Shown: positions 1-9,199, numbered from the stretch's first letter. The stretch is DNA of 64,000 bases from Patescibacteria group bacterium (GCA_018609195.1 JAHCSE010000001.1:9559-73558), one strand, 5' to 3'. Numbers and translations are program-made. The notes: generated by a model not told the origin, from the letters alone.

Positions 1-310
1 CTCTAAAAACTAAAGCCAATTGGCAAGAAAGTAAGACCTCTTCTAAAACTCGCTCTTTCCAGCTGTAAAATTTTCTATTTTGATAAGCAATTTTCTTTAG
101 GAAAAATCTCCCTCCTTCACCCTTTCTTAGAATAACGATAGCTACCGGGAAATTCGGTTCCTTCCCAGAAGAGGAATCGCATCCAACAATGATATCATAA
201 AATTTTTCTGGATGCTGCATCATATAACCAATTAACTCTCCCATAACTTCCTTTACACTCAGTTTTCCCTTCGTGGGATTGTAAAAATAACCTTGTTGAA
301 ATCTTTCCAT
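1..310 (-). CDS. YkuK/DUF458-like RNase H-fold protein (3' end cut by window edge)
   Basis: Own translation from ATG at 310: MERFQQGYFYNPTKGKLSVKEVMGELIGYMMQHPEKFYDIIVGCDSSSGKEPNFPVAIVILRKGEGG..., open to position 1. Family call is from memory of the DUF458 N-terminus. Confidence 0.45.
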   Translation of the reverse strand, partial: MERFQQGYFYNPTKGKLSVKEVMGELIGYMMQHPEKFYDIIVGCDSSSGKEPNFPVAIVILRKGEGGRFFLKKIAYQNRKFYSWKERVLEEVLLSCQLALVFR

Positions 311-343
311 GTTACTAAATAATAGCAAGAAGCTTTAAGGAAG

Positions 344-1105
344 TCAACTTCTACTAACTGCTTTTACTAATATAACAAATTCTCTGGGATCTAATGAGGC
401 TCCCCCAACTAATAAGCCTTGAAAATTTGCCTCAAAAATGTAGGAGGCGGCGTTCTTGCCATTCACGCTTCCTCCGTAGAGAATTTTTATGGTTTTAGCT
501 AATTTTTTGTCATAGATTTTGGAAATAACTTTTTTAATAACATCGAGAGATTTTTTAGCTTCCCTTGGTGAACAAGCTTTTCCTGTTCCTATTGCCCAAA
601 CAGGTTCATAAGCGATTGCTAATTTTGAGTTTTGAATGTTGAATGCTGAAATTTTTGATAGAGCTTTTTTTAATTGATTTTTTAATATTGTTTGTGTTTT
701 GCCCTGTCCTCTCTCTTTTCGAGTTTCACCAATACATAAAATTGGGCTTAATTTTCTCTTGAGAGTCACTTTCAATTTTTTATTTATCATTTCATCAGTT
801 TCCTTTAAATATCTTCTCCGTTCAGAATGACCAATAATAACATATTTACAACCTGAATCTTTTAGCATTTTAGGAGAAATTTCTCCTGTAAAAGCTCCCT
901 TTTCTTCCCAGAATACATCTTGTGCGCCTAAATGGGGTTTGTAGTTTGTAGTTTGCAGTTGGGATAAATAAAGAAATGGTGGACAGATAACCACTTCTAC
1001 ATTTTTAACATTTTTTATCCCTTTCTTAAGTGAATTAAAAAGCTGCTTAGCTTCAGTCAAAGATTGAGGGTTCATTTTCCAATTTGCGACAATGAGTGGT
1101 TTCAT
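344..1105 (-). CDS. tpiA: triosephosphate isomerase
   Basis: 253 aa with VANWKMN, IGHSERR and AYEPVWAIGTG motifs. Confidence 0.92.
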   Translation of the reverse strand: MKPLIVANWKMNPQSLTEAKQLFNSLKKGIKNVKNVEVVICPPFLYLSQLQTTNYKPHLGAQDVFWEEKGAFTGEISPKMLKDSGCKYVIIGHSERRRYLKETDEMINKKLKVTLKRKLSPILCIGETRKERGQGKTQTILKNQLKKALSKISAFNIQNSKLAIAYEPVWAIGTGKACSPREAKKSLDVIKKVISKIYDKKLAKTIKILYGGSVNGKNAASYIFEANFQGLLVGGASLDPREFVILVKAVSRS

Positions 1106-2208
1106 TGTTTCCTTAAATATTCAGCTGCTTTTTCCGGCTCAATAGTCGAAATTTCTATCCCTGTTCCCAGTTCAAAACCGGCCCAGACCCCAGTTTTAGG
1201 TAATACTTCAAAATGCCAGTGATAGTGATCATAATTTTTGCCATCGCAGGGAGCAGTATGTAAGAAAAAATTATAGGCAGGGTCATTTAAACCCTTAAAG
1301 ACTCTTTTGAGAGTCTGTTGAAGAGCTTCCGCCAAAGCCCATTTTTGCTCCTCATTTACTCGTTCAAAATAGGCGTGATGTTTGAGGGGGAAAATTCTGG
1401 TCTCAAAAGCCACTCTGGAAGCAAAAGGACACAATACCACAAAATCTTTATTTTTAAAGATAATCCTTCTGCCGTCTTTGAGATCCCAGTCAATCATTAC
1501 GCAATGGACGCACTTTTTATTTTCTTCAAAAAAGCGTTCAGATCCTTGAAGACTGGATTGAATATCAGGATCGGTTAAGGGCATGGCAATAATTTGAGAA
1601 TGGGGGTGGAAAACTGATGCTCCAGCTTCTGCTCCCTGATTATGGAAAATGGAAACGTAATTAACAAATTTCTCATTCATTAAATTCAAATATCTCTCTT
1701 GATAGGCATCTATTACCTCTTTAATTTGCTCTATTGAAAATTGAGCAATCTGTTTTACATGATCTCGGGTGATAACTACCTCATGAAAACCCATAGCATC
1801 CATTAACTGATAAGGACCTTCGGTTCTTTCATTTAAACTGGTATCTCTGGCAAAAGCTGGAAATTTATTAGGAATAACAATAGTTGTCCAGTTTTTAGGG
1901 ATGTCTAGGGGCCCGTCTTTAGCAGGAGGGCGGAGGGTGGGTTGGAGACCAAAGGGTACTTTTTTGCCTTCAGTGAAAATCAAAGTTGGTTTTTCTTGAG
2001 TTTCCAAATGACAAAAAGGGCAGGTCTTTTTTGGGGCGATAACAACTTTCCTTTTTTCTCTTTTAAAGGTCTCTGGCCGCTTAGCTCTGGCTGTAGCAAT
2101 AGTTATCCAGTCTTTAGAAACAAGGTCAAAACGAAGTTCGGAGGGACAAACTCCTGGGGGGCAAACCTTTAATTCTTTTTCGATCATTTTGATATGTTTT
2201 TTAGCCAT
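1102..2208 (-). CDS. galT: GalT-type hexose-1-phosphate uridylyltransferase (HIT superfamily)
   Basis: 368 aa with CPFC zinc knuckle, IPNKFPAF and FHPHSQ (HxHxQ) active site. Overlaps tpiA by 4 nt. Confidence 0.75.
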   Translation of the reverse strand: MAKKHIKMIEKELKVCPPGVCPSELRFDLVSKDWITIATARAKRPETFKREKRKVVIAPKKTCPFCHLETQEKPTLIFTEGKKVPFGLQPTLRPPAKDGPLDIPKNWTTIVIPNKFPAFARDTSLNERTEGPYQLMDAMGFHEVVITRDHVKQIAQFSIEQIKEVIDAYQERYLNLMNEKFVNYVSIFHNQGAEAGASVFHPHSQIIAMPLTDPDIQSSLQGSERFFEENKKCVHCVMIDWDLKDGRRIIFKNKDFVVLCPFASRVAFETRIFPLKHHAYFERVNEEQKWALAEALQQTLKRVFKGLNDPAYNFFLHTAPCDGKNYDHYHWHFEVLPKTGVWAGFELGTGIEISTIEPEKAAEYLRKQ

Positions 2209-2932
2209 ATTTTTTCGTGATCACATTCCATCTTATTTGGAAAACCTCAAAAAGCATCTTTATCATTCCTTTCAGTTTTACCTTGCTTTCAGGATCATTA
2301 ATCCACTTTACCGGGATCTCTTTTACTTTATAACCTAATGTCTTAGCTATTACTAAAATTTCAACATCAAAAGCCCAGCGATTAATTTTACATTTTGGTA
2401 AAATATCATCTACCGCCTTTTGTGTAAATCCTTTAAAACCACATTGAGTATCCCAAATCCCCCACAAGCCAGAAACTACCTGAACAATTAAATTAAAAAT
2501 ATCCCCCAATCTCCTTCTTATGAAAGATTGAGGAACAGCAATGACAGCTCCCTTGATATCTCTCGACCCAATAACAACTTCAAAACCCTTTTCAAGCTCT
2601 GGCCACATTTTCTCAACTTGATCAATAGAAGTAGCATTATCAGCATCAGTAAACAATCTGTACTCCCCTTTTGCCTCTAACATTCCTTGCCTTACCACAA
2701 AACCTTTCCCATTATTTTCTTTATTATCAATCAATCTCAGATTTTTTATTCGACTTTGTAAATTTTTTACAACTTCGGCAGTCTTATCTTTTGAGCCATC
2801 ATTAACCACAACTATCTCAGAATCATAATTTTGCTTTCTTAAATACTTATCAATCTCAGTCAAAGTTTTTGGCAAACGCCTTTCTTCATTATAAACAGGA
2901 ATGATAACGGATAAATAAGTTCTATTTGGCAT
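2201..2932 (-). CDS. family 2 glycosyltransferase (polyprenyl-phosphate hexosyltransferase-like)
   Basis: 243 aa with SVIIPVYNEE, VVNDGSKD and TDADN (DxD), indicating a GT-A fold. Confidence 0.8.
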   Translation of the reverse strand: MPNRTYLSVIIPVYNEERRLPKTLTEIDKYLRKQNYDSEIVVVNDGSKDKTAEVVKNLQSRIKNLRLIDNKENNGKGFVVRQGMLEAKGEYRLFTDADNATSIDQVEKMWPELEKGFEVVIGSRDIKGAVIAVPQSFIRRRLGDIFNLIVQVVSGLWGIWDTQCGFKGFTQKAVDDILPKCKINRWAFDVEILVIAKTLGYKVKEIPVKWINDPESKVKLKGMIKMLFEVFQIRWNVITKKYG

Positions 2933-2970
2933 TAGATTATTTTAGCACAAAAATTTTTAGAAACAAAAAC

Positions 2971-2995
2971 GGGGCGTTCAGCTAGCTGACACCCC
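2971..2995 (-). terminator. intrinsic terminator of small gene 3019..3246
   Basis: GGGGCGTTCAGC/GCTGACACCCC hairpin followed on the minus strand by GTTTTTGTTT. Confidence 0.6.
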
Positions 2996-3018
2996 TTTTA
3001 AGATAGGTATTTTGTGAA

Positions 3019-3246
3019 TTAGAAGGTGATGAGATAGATCTGATCCCCTCTCGGTGTTTTACAGGATTTCACTTCACGGTACTTATCGGCGAAGAATACT
3101 CGAATCCACTTTATTGCTTGGAGTGCATCATCATCAGGATTGCCTTTATTTGGCTCAGCGCTCATTGAAAGCGTTACATTGCCAGGTCTATCATGCTGGA
3201 CTACTTGAACTCGGAGCTGAACTGTCTTGTCGAACAAAACTGTCAT
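3019..3246 (-). CDS. hypothetical small protein (75 aa), cassette 1
   Basis: ORF with strong SD (AAGGAGGT 8 nt before ATG), its own TTGACA-N17-TATATT promoter and its own terminator. Locally GC-richer than the flanks. No family recognised. Confidence 0.55.
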   Translation of the reverse strand: MTVLFDKTVQLRVQVVQHDRPGNVTLSMSAEPNKGNPDDDALQAIKWIRVFFADKYREVKSCKTPRGDQIYLITF

Positions 3247-3309
3247 TCCCAGAACCTCCTTTTCTCCTCTGCCAAATGATCAGGACTTATGGAATTTTGT
3301 GCTGATTGT

Positions 3310-3338
3310 AATATAATCTATTGTTATAATTCTGTCAA
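3310..3338 (-). promoter_or_regulatory. sigma70-like promoter of cassette 1
   Basis: Minus strand TTGACA-gaattataacaatagat-TATATT. Shares AATAGATTATA and the leader AGCACAAAWTTCCA with the promoter at 3710..3738. Confidence 0.6.
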
Positions 3339-3347
3339 TAAAAAAAT

Positions 3348-3373
3348 GGGGCGCTCAGCCACTCGAGCGCCCC
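3348..3373 (-). terminator. intrinsic terminator of small gene 3422..3655
   Basis: Perfect 9-bp stem GGGGCGCTC/GAGCGCCCC followed by a T-run on the minus strand. Confidence 0.7.
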
Positions 3374-3421
3374 TTTCGGATGTGAACCCATTTTAGGCCT
3401 GGGTGAAGGATGAGAGATTTC

Positions 3422-3655
3422 TTATCTTCTTTTCCCGAACTCTAACTCTTTTGTTATAACAGCTATCGCTTCCTCCCTGTTTTTAGCAAATCTTATCGTC
3501 TGACCGGAGACCCAGGCAGTCCATGGGCGCTGGCGCCAAGAGTAATGCGTTATACCAGTAAAAAATTCCCTCGGGAAGTTTTGCATTTGTTCCTTAGTAG
3601 GGTCTTCAATGATTTTTATCGTCCTCCCAGCCACTATTATCTCTCCTGGCTGCAT
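3422..3655 (-). CDS. hypothetical small protein (77 aa), cassette 2
   Basis: ORF with purine-rich SD (GGAAAGGGAGAG), its own promoter and terminator. GC-richer than the flanks. No family recognised. Confidence 0.55.
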   Translation of the reverse strand: MQPGEIIVAGRTIKIIEDPTKEQMQNFPREFFTGITHYSWRQRPWTAWVSGQTIRFAKNREEAIAVITKELEFGKRR

Positions 3656-3709
3656 TTCTCTCCCTTTCCTATCTATAAAATGCAGGGCGTGGAAATTTGT
3701 GCTAACTTC

Positions 3710-3738
3710 CCTATAATCTATTATTCCAAATTTGTCAA
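3710..3738 (-). promoter_or_regulatory. sigma70-like promoter of cassette 2 (inside the 3' end of map)
   Basis: Minus strand TTGACA-aatttggaataatagat-TATAGG, homologous to the promoter at 3310..3338. Confidence 0.5.
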
Positions 3739-4470
3739 TACTCGGCTGCCATTTTTTGTTACCGCAATTGTTTGTTCAAAATGGGCTGAAAGAGAACCAT
3801 CTTGAGTTTCATAGCCAAACCCATCTTTTGTTTTTTTAAGTTTCCAATCCCCTATTGTTACCATAGGTTCAATGCAAATTACCATACCTTCTTTTAGCTC
3901 AATTCCTTTATGTCTTTTCCCATAGTTTAAAATTTTTGGGTCCTCATGTAATTCTTTGCCAATTCCGTGGCCACAGAGTTCTCTTACTACATTGTATCCT
4001 TGAGATTCCACATATCTTTGAATGGTATTTGAGATATCCCCTATGGTATTTCCTGGCCTTACTTTTTTAATTCCTCTTTTTAAAGCCTTTTTTGTTACTC
4101 TTATTAATCGTAATGTTTCCGGATTAACTTTTCCTACTGGTAAGGTCACCGCCATATCATTGTGAAAACCCTTATATAAAATCCCCAAATCCAAAGTTAA
4201 AACATCTCCTTCTTTCAAAACTCGATTAGAAGGAACAGAATGGACAATCTCTTCGTTGATTGAACTACAGAGACAGGTTGGAAAACCTTCATATCCTTTG
4301 AAAGAACATTTCCCCCCATATTTTAAAATCAGGCTCTCTGCGAGCCTGTTCAGTTCTTTAGTCGTTATTCCCGGTCTTACTTTCCCTATCAATTCTTTCA
4401 TTATCTTGCCAAGAATTTTTCCACCTTCTGTCATGATTTGAATTTCTTCTGAGGATTTAATCGTTATCAT
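3721..4470 (-). CDS. map: methionine aminopeptidase type I
   Basis: 249 aa with pita-bread motifs DLGILYKGFHNDMA, CGHGIG and ICIEPM. Canonical position after adk. Confidence 0.92.
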   Translation of the reverse strand: MITIKSSEEIQIMTEGGKILGKIMKELIGKVRPGITTKELNRLAESLILKYGGKCSFKGYEGFPTCLCSSINEEIVHSVPSNRVLKEGDVLTLDLGILYKGFHNDMAVTLPVGKVNPETLRLIRVTKKALKRGIKKVRPGNTIGDISNTIQRYVESQGYNVVRELCGHGIGKELHEDPKILNYGKRHKGIELKEGMVICIEPMVTIGDWKLKKTKDGFGYETQDGSLSAHFEQTIAVTKNGSRVLTNLE

Positions 4471-5159
4471 TTTAAAGCCTTTAAAATATCTTGAAAAACT
4501 GCCTCCACCGATTGTTCGCCATTAACTTCTTTTATTTGTAATCCGTGTTTTTTGAAATAATCTATCAAAGGAAGTGTTCTTTCTTGATATTCTTTTAATC
4601 TAACTTTAATCACTTCTCTGGTATCATCCTTACGAATTATTAATCTTGAACCATCTAAGGGACATTTTCTCAATTTGGCGGTTTCTTGTGTATACAAAAT
4701 CGGATGGCGCATTAACTTACAGATTCTTCTTCTTGTGCCTCTCCAGATAGATTGTTCTGGGCTTAATGTGATAAGAATTATTTTTATATTTGAGGCCTTA
4801 TATAATTTTTTTAGAAAAGGGGTAACTTCTTTCCCTTCGTATAGAGTCCGAGGAGAGCCGGCTATCGACAGTCCCTTCCCCACCTTTGCTAGTTCTTTAA
4901 TCTTATTTTTTATCCAAAAAACAATTAAAGGAGGACTCATTAGTTTTCCCCTCTCTCGCATTTTTTTTTCTTCAATTAAAAAATATTTCTTTCCTTTAAC
5001 AATAATAAAATCGTCTTTTTTAATATTTTTTAAATTAGCGTCGATAATCCTACTTGTCTCCAAGTAATACAAATTCAATTTCTCAGCTAATAACTCAGCT
5101 TGGGTCCCTTTCCCAGATCCCGGCGGCCCTAATAATATAATCACTTGTTTATTACTCAT
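4467..5159 (-). CDS. adk: adenylate kinase
   Basis: P-loop GPPGSGKGTQ and a LID segment. Canonical secY-adk-map order. Confidence 0.88.
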   Translation of the reverse strand: MSNKQVIILLGPPGSGKGTQAELLAEKLNLYYLETSRIIDANLKNIKKDDFIIVKGKKYFLIEEKKMRERGKLMSPPLIVFWIKNKIKELAKVGKGLSIAGSPRTLYEGKEVTPFLKKLYKASNIKIILITLSPEQSIWRGTRRRICKLMRHPILYTQETAKLRKCPLDGSRLIIRKDDTREVIKVRLKEYQERTLPLIDYFKKHGLQIKEVNGEQSVEAVFQDILKALK

Positions 5160-5178
5160 TACTTTCTTTTTGAGAACA

Positions 5179-6465
5179 TTAAAAAGTTTCGTATTCTCGC
5201 ATTTGAAGTTGGGCTCTGACTTGACGCATAGTCTCTAAAACCACTGAAACCACAATAAGCAAGGCTGTCCCCCCCACCAGAAACTGGAAAAGCACCACCC
5301 CAGTTATACCTTGAACAATAATGGGTAAAACGGCAATTGTCCCTAAAAATAAAGCCCCAATTAATAAGATTCGATTTAAAACATAATATAAAAAGTTGGC
5401 GGTTGAAGGTCCTGGCCTGATGCCTGGGATAAATCCTCCCATTTTTTGCAAATTAGAGGAAATGGCTTTGGGGTCAAAGGTGACAGCTGTATAAAAATAG
5501 GTAAAAAGGCCGACTAAAAGAAAATAGAGAATTCCGTAACTCCAAGGGTTTCTGGCAGGGTCCACAATACTTCCTATGGTTTGAGCTATATTTGAAATCA
5601 TACCTTCCCCACCCGCTAAAAAACTGGCAATCATTCCTGGGAAAAGTAAGATAGATAAGGCAAAAATGATTGGAATAACACCAGCTGGATTGATATTTAA
5701 GGGTAAATAGGTGGAAACACCACCGTACATTCGCATACCCCTGACTCTTTTTGCATAAGAAACCGGAATATTTCTTCTGGCCTCATTTACTAAAACCACT
5801 CCGGCAATAATAGCTAAGGCCCCAGCAAAAAAGAGCAAATAGGCGGGAATCCTTGAAGGATCATAAGTAATAATCAGTTGGCGGATATTATTTGGAAGAG
5901 CAGAAACAATCCCAGCAAAAATTAAAAGGGAAATACCATTGCCAATCCCTTTTTCTGAGATTAACTCCCCGAGCCACATTAAAAAAACAGCTCCAGCAGC
6001 GACAGTCAAAAGAGAAGTTAAAAGAGAGATTGGAGAAAGAGTCCCAATAATATTTTGACGCTGAAGTAAAATGAGAAGCCCGTACCCTTGAAGAGTAGCG
6101 AAAGGAACAGTTAAAAGGCGCCCATATTGATTAAATTTTTGGCGCCCCGTCTCCCCCTCCTCTTTATAAAGCTTCTCTAGCTGAGGAAAAATCATTGTGA
6201 GCAACTGCAAAATAATAACTGAAGTAATATAAGGCCCCAATCCCAGCATGATAATGGAAAGGTTATCAAGGGCACCGCCGGTAAAAATATTTAATAATCC
6301 CAAAAGTTGATTGGCCTCAAAAAATTCCCTCATTCTTGCGAGATCAATTCCTGGAATAGGAATATTAGCCATTATTCGAAAAATGACAAAAATTCCCAAG
6401 ATAAACAAGATTTTGTTGCGGAGATCACGGATCTTAAATATTTGGATGATTTTTTGATACCACAT
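5179..6465 (-). CDS. secY: preprotein translocase subunit SecY
   Basis: 428-aa polytopic membrane ORF directly after rplO, with typical SecY N-terminus and length. Confidence 0.95.
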   Translation of the reverse strand: MWYQKIIQIFKIRDLRNKILFILGIFVIFRIMANIPIPGIDLARMREFFEANQLLGLLNIFTGGALDNLSIIMLGLGPYITSVIILQLLTMIFPQLEKLYKEEGETGRQKFNQYGRLLTVPFATLQGYGLLILLQRQNIIGTLSPISLLTSLLTVAAGAVFLMWLGELISEKGIGNGISLLIFAGIVSALPNNIRQLIITYDPSRIPAYLLFFAGALAIIAGVVLVNEARRNIPVSYAKRVRGMRMYGGVSTYLPLNINPAGVIPIIFALSILLFPGMIASFLAGGEGMISNIAQTIGSIVDPARNPWSYGILYFLLVGLFTYFYTAVTFDPKAISSNLQKMGGFIPGIRPGPSTANFLYYVLNRILLIGALFLGTIAVLPIIVQGITGVVLFQFLVGGTALLIVVSVVLETMRQVRAQLQMREYETF

Positions 6466-6468
6466 GTT

Positions 6469-6900
6469 TTATTTTATTACGCCTCCTGCTTTCTCAATTT
6501 TCTCTTGAGCTTGCTTTGAAACCTGACATTCTTCAATTGATAACTTTTTTGTCAGTTTCCCTTTTCCTAGAATTTTAACCTGGGGCAATCTTCCTTTTAT
6601 TTTACGAAATATTCTTTTCTCATGCAAGACTTTAGGAGTAATTGTATCTCCCTCTTTAAATTTTTTTTCTAAAATTTCAACATTAATTACAGTTGGTTTT
6701 AATTGAAAACTCTTAAATCTATATCCTCTCAATTTTGGATACCTTTTTATCAATTCTCGAATAATGGGCTTTAATCTTCTGCCTGCTCTCGATTTTTGAC
6801 CTTTCATTCCCTTACCAGAATAAGTTCCGCGTTTACCCCCTCGGCCAACGCGCTTTTTTCTCTTTCTTTTATAATTTGGTTTTAGCTGATGAAGTTGCAT
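6469..6900 (-). CDS. rplO: 50S ribosomal protein L15
   Basis: KRVGRGGKRGTYSGKGMKGQKSR motif; position in the spc operon. Confidence 0.93.
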   Translation of the reverse strand: MQLHQLKPNYKRKRKKRVGRGGKRGTYSGKGMKGQKSRAGRRLKPIIRELIKRYPKLRGYRFKSFQLKPTVINVEILEKKFKEGDTITPKVLHEKRIFRKIKGRLPQVKILGKGKLTKKLSIEECQVSKQAQEKIEKAGGVIK

Positions 6901-6975
6901 AAATAATGGCTAAATGGCTCAATGGTTAAATGGTTATTTTTAACATAGCCATGTAGCCATTTAACCATGTAACCA
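6901..6975. repeat. degenerate short tandem/inverted repeat spacer (AATGGYTAAATGG units)
   Basis: aatggctaaatggctcaatggttaaatggtta ... tagccatgtagccatttaaccatgtaaccatt. Occupies the slot where rpmD (L30) normally lies. Confidence 0.7.
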
Positions 6976-7449
6976 TTATCTCGGTGCTTTTAACTGTTTT
7001 AACGCCTCGATGGTCGCTCTCGCATTATTCAACTTATTGCTTGTCCTTCCCAGAATCTTTGATGAAACATTTTTTATTCCAGCTAAAGTACAAATCACTC
7101 TTACTGTTCCTCCTGCTACCAGTCCCCTTCCTCTTCTTTGAGGTTTCAATAAAACTTTAGCTGGCCCAAATTTAGCATAAACTTCATGGGGAATAGTATC
7201 TTCAACAATGGGAATGGTAATTAAATTTTTCTTAGCTAATCTGGTAGCTTTTTCAATGGCTTGAGCAACATTAAGGCCTTTCGCCACTGCCACCCCAATT
7301 TTCCCTTCTTTATTACCAGTCACCACCACTGCCCGAAAGCTAAAACGCCGACCACCGGCTGTCACCCGAGTCACTCGAGCCAAATCTAAAAGCTTTGATT
7401 CAAATTCTTCCTTTTTTTCTTCTGCAATTATTTCTACCATATAGAACAA
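6976..7449 (-). CDS. rpsE: 30S ribosomal protein S5
   Basis: RVTRVTAGGRRFSFRAVVVTGN and GIKNVSSKILG motifs. Confidence 0.93.
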   Translation of the reverse strand: MFYMVEIIAEEKKEEFESKLLDLARVTRVTAGGRRFSFRAVVVTGNKEGKIGVAVAKGLNVAQAIEKATRLAKKNLITIPIVEDTIPHEVYAKFGPAKVLLKPQRRGRGLVAGGTVRVICTLAGIKNVSSKILGRTSNKLNNARATIEALKQLKAPR

Positions 7450-7860
7450 TTAAAATTTTAATCCTCCTTCTCTTGCTCCTTCGGCTAGCGCTTTTACTCT
7501 TCCGTGGTATTTGTAACCTCCTCTATCAAAAACTACTTTTTCAATTTTCTTTTTTAAAGCTTTTTCCGCAATTAATTTCCCGACCTTATAAGCTACGGCA
7601 ACTTTTCTCGTCAATTGCTTTTGGGTCTTTTTTATTTCAGTTTTTTGCCTGCCCCGCATCGAATTTTTGCTGGTGCGAGGTTTTTGAATCTCTTGGTCGC
7701 TGGAAGCTGCAAGAGTCTTGCCATTTTCATCATCGATTAATTGAGCATACATATGCTTTGCTGATCTAAATACACAAAGCCGAGGCCTCTGAGCGATGCC
7801 ATAGATCTTGGCTCGTACTCGTCTGTGGCGTCTAAATTTTTTTTGTTGCTTTTCTCGCAT
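7450..7860 (-). CDS. rplR: 50S ribosomal protein L18
   Basis: [16 protein letters not shown] and [26 protein letters not shown]. Start moved to MREKQQ (ATG ending at 7860) because the upstream 32 codons of the track ORF are encoded by a repeat spacer. Confidence 0.88.
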   Translation of the reverse strand: MREKQQKKFRRHRRVRAKIYGIAQRPRLCVFRSAKHMYAQLIDDENGKTLAASSDQEIQKPRTSKNSMRGRQKTEIKKTQKQLTRKVAVAYKVGKLIAEKALKKKIEKVVFDRGGYKYHGRVKALAEGAREGGLKF

Positions 7861-7956
7861 AAGATTTATAGCTGGTATTTTGTAGCTGGTAGTTCGGGAT
7901 ATTCGAATTTTTTCAAAATCTTCCCAAACTACAAACTGCCAACTACTAACTGCCAA

Positions 7957-8544
7957 TTAAGCTTCAGTTGCCGCCTTCTTTCCTGCCTTTCTTCGAATAA
8001 CTTCCCCAAAATATCTAATTCCTTTCCCTTTATATGGTTCAGGGGGCTTAACCTTTCTTATTTTAGCTGCAATCTGCCCCACCAACTCTTTATCAATTCC
8101 TGAAACAGAAATTACATTCTTTTCTACTGAAAATTTTATTCCCTCTGGAGCTTTTATTTTTACAGGATGAGTAAATCCAACTCGCAAAACTAAATCTTCT
8201 CCCTCAATTAAAGCTCGATAGCCCAAACCCTCTATTTCTAATTTTTTTTCGTAACCCGTAGTCAATCCCTCAATGGAGTTAGCTAAAAGACTCCTAGTTA
8301 AGCCCCAAAGAGCTTTAGTTCGCTTGGTTTCTATTCGGGGAGAAACCACTAAAATTTTTCCCGAGGGGCGAGCTTGAGGCGGGAGGGTGATCGAAGGAGT
8401 AGCGTCCTTCAATTCAATTTTAATTTCAGGCGGAAGCTCTTTCGAAAGCTCGCCCTTTGGACCTTTAATCGTCACTTTCTCCCCTTCAATTTTGACTTCA
8501 ACCCCTTGAGGTATTTCAATTGGTTTTTTGCCTACACGACTCAT
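7957..8544 (-). CDS. rplF: 50S ribosomal protein L6
   Basis: SRVGKKPIEIPQGV N-terminus, two-domain L6 length, operon position. Confidence 0.92.
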   Translation of the reverse strand: MSRVGKKPIEIPQGVEVKIEGEKVTIKGPKGELSKELPPEIKIELKDATPSITLPPQARPSGKILVVSPRIETKRTKALWGLTRSLLANSIEGLTTGYEKKLEIEGLGYRALIEGEDLVLRVGFTHPVKIKAPEGIKFSVEKNVISVSGIDKELVGQIAAKIRKVKPPEPYKGKGIRYFGEVIRRKAGKKAATEA

Positions 8545-8548
8545 AAAT

Positions 8549-8938
8549 TTACCAAATTTCGCAAATAACTTCTCCTCCTATTTTCTGCTTCCTTGCTTCT
8601 TTATTAGTCATTAACCCTTTTGAAGTTGAGATAATTGCTATTCCATAACCTCCTCTTACTAGTTTTAACTCTTTTGTACTCTTGTAAATTCTCTGACCAG
8701 GTTTTGAAATCCTTTTGAGACTAGAGATAGAGGGTACCTTTCCTTCATACTTTAAAGTAATTTCAATAATTTTATTTATATTTTTTCCTTTCTTCTCCAC
8801 TTTTTCTAAAAAACCTTGATGTTCTAAAATTTTAGCAATTTCATATTTCAAATTAGAAAAAGGCACATTTACCTTCGGATGCGAAACAGCTTTCGCATTA
8901 CGTATTCGGTTAAGAAGATCAGTTATTGGATCTGTCAT
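8549..8938 (-). CDS. rpsH: 30S ribosomal protein S8
   Basis: MTDPITDLLNRIRNA N-terminus and GGEVICEIW C-terminus. Confidence 0.93.
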   Translation of the reverse strand: MTDPITDLLNRIRNAKAVSHPKVNVPFSNLKYEIAKILEHQGFLEKVEKKGKNINKIIEITLKYEGKVPSISSLKRISKPGQRIYKSTKELKLVRGGYGIAIISTSKGLMTNKEARKQKIGGEVICEIW

Positions 8939-9005
8939 AATTCATATTAACATTTAAACGTTTAAGTATTTTAACATTTTATTTGTTTGTATGTCTAAAT
9001 AAAAG

Positions 9006-9191
9006 CTACCAGCTGCTTTTCTTAACTCCTGGTATCTCTCCTCTATTTGCCATTTCCCGAAAACAAATCCGGCACAAACCGAATTTTCTCATATATCCTC
9101 TTTTTCTCCCACATCTAAAACATCTGCGAACAATTCGAGTCGAAAACTTTGGTTTCTTTAAAGATTTTGCAATCTGTGCTTTAGTAGCCAT
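9006..9191 (-). CDS. rpsN: 30S ribosomal protein S14, zinc-ribbon (type Z)
   Basis: 61 aa with CFRCGR...CRIC (CxxC-CxxC) and KSSW C-terminus. Confidence 0.92.
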   Translation of the reverse strand: MATKAQIAKSLKKPKFSTRIVRRCFRCGRKRGYMRKFGLCRICFREMANRGEIPGVKKSSW

Positions 9192-9199
9192 GTTTTGTT

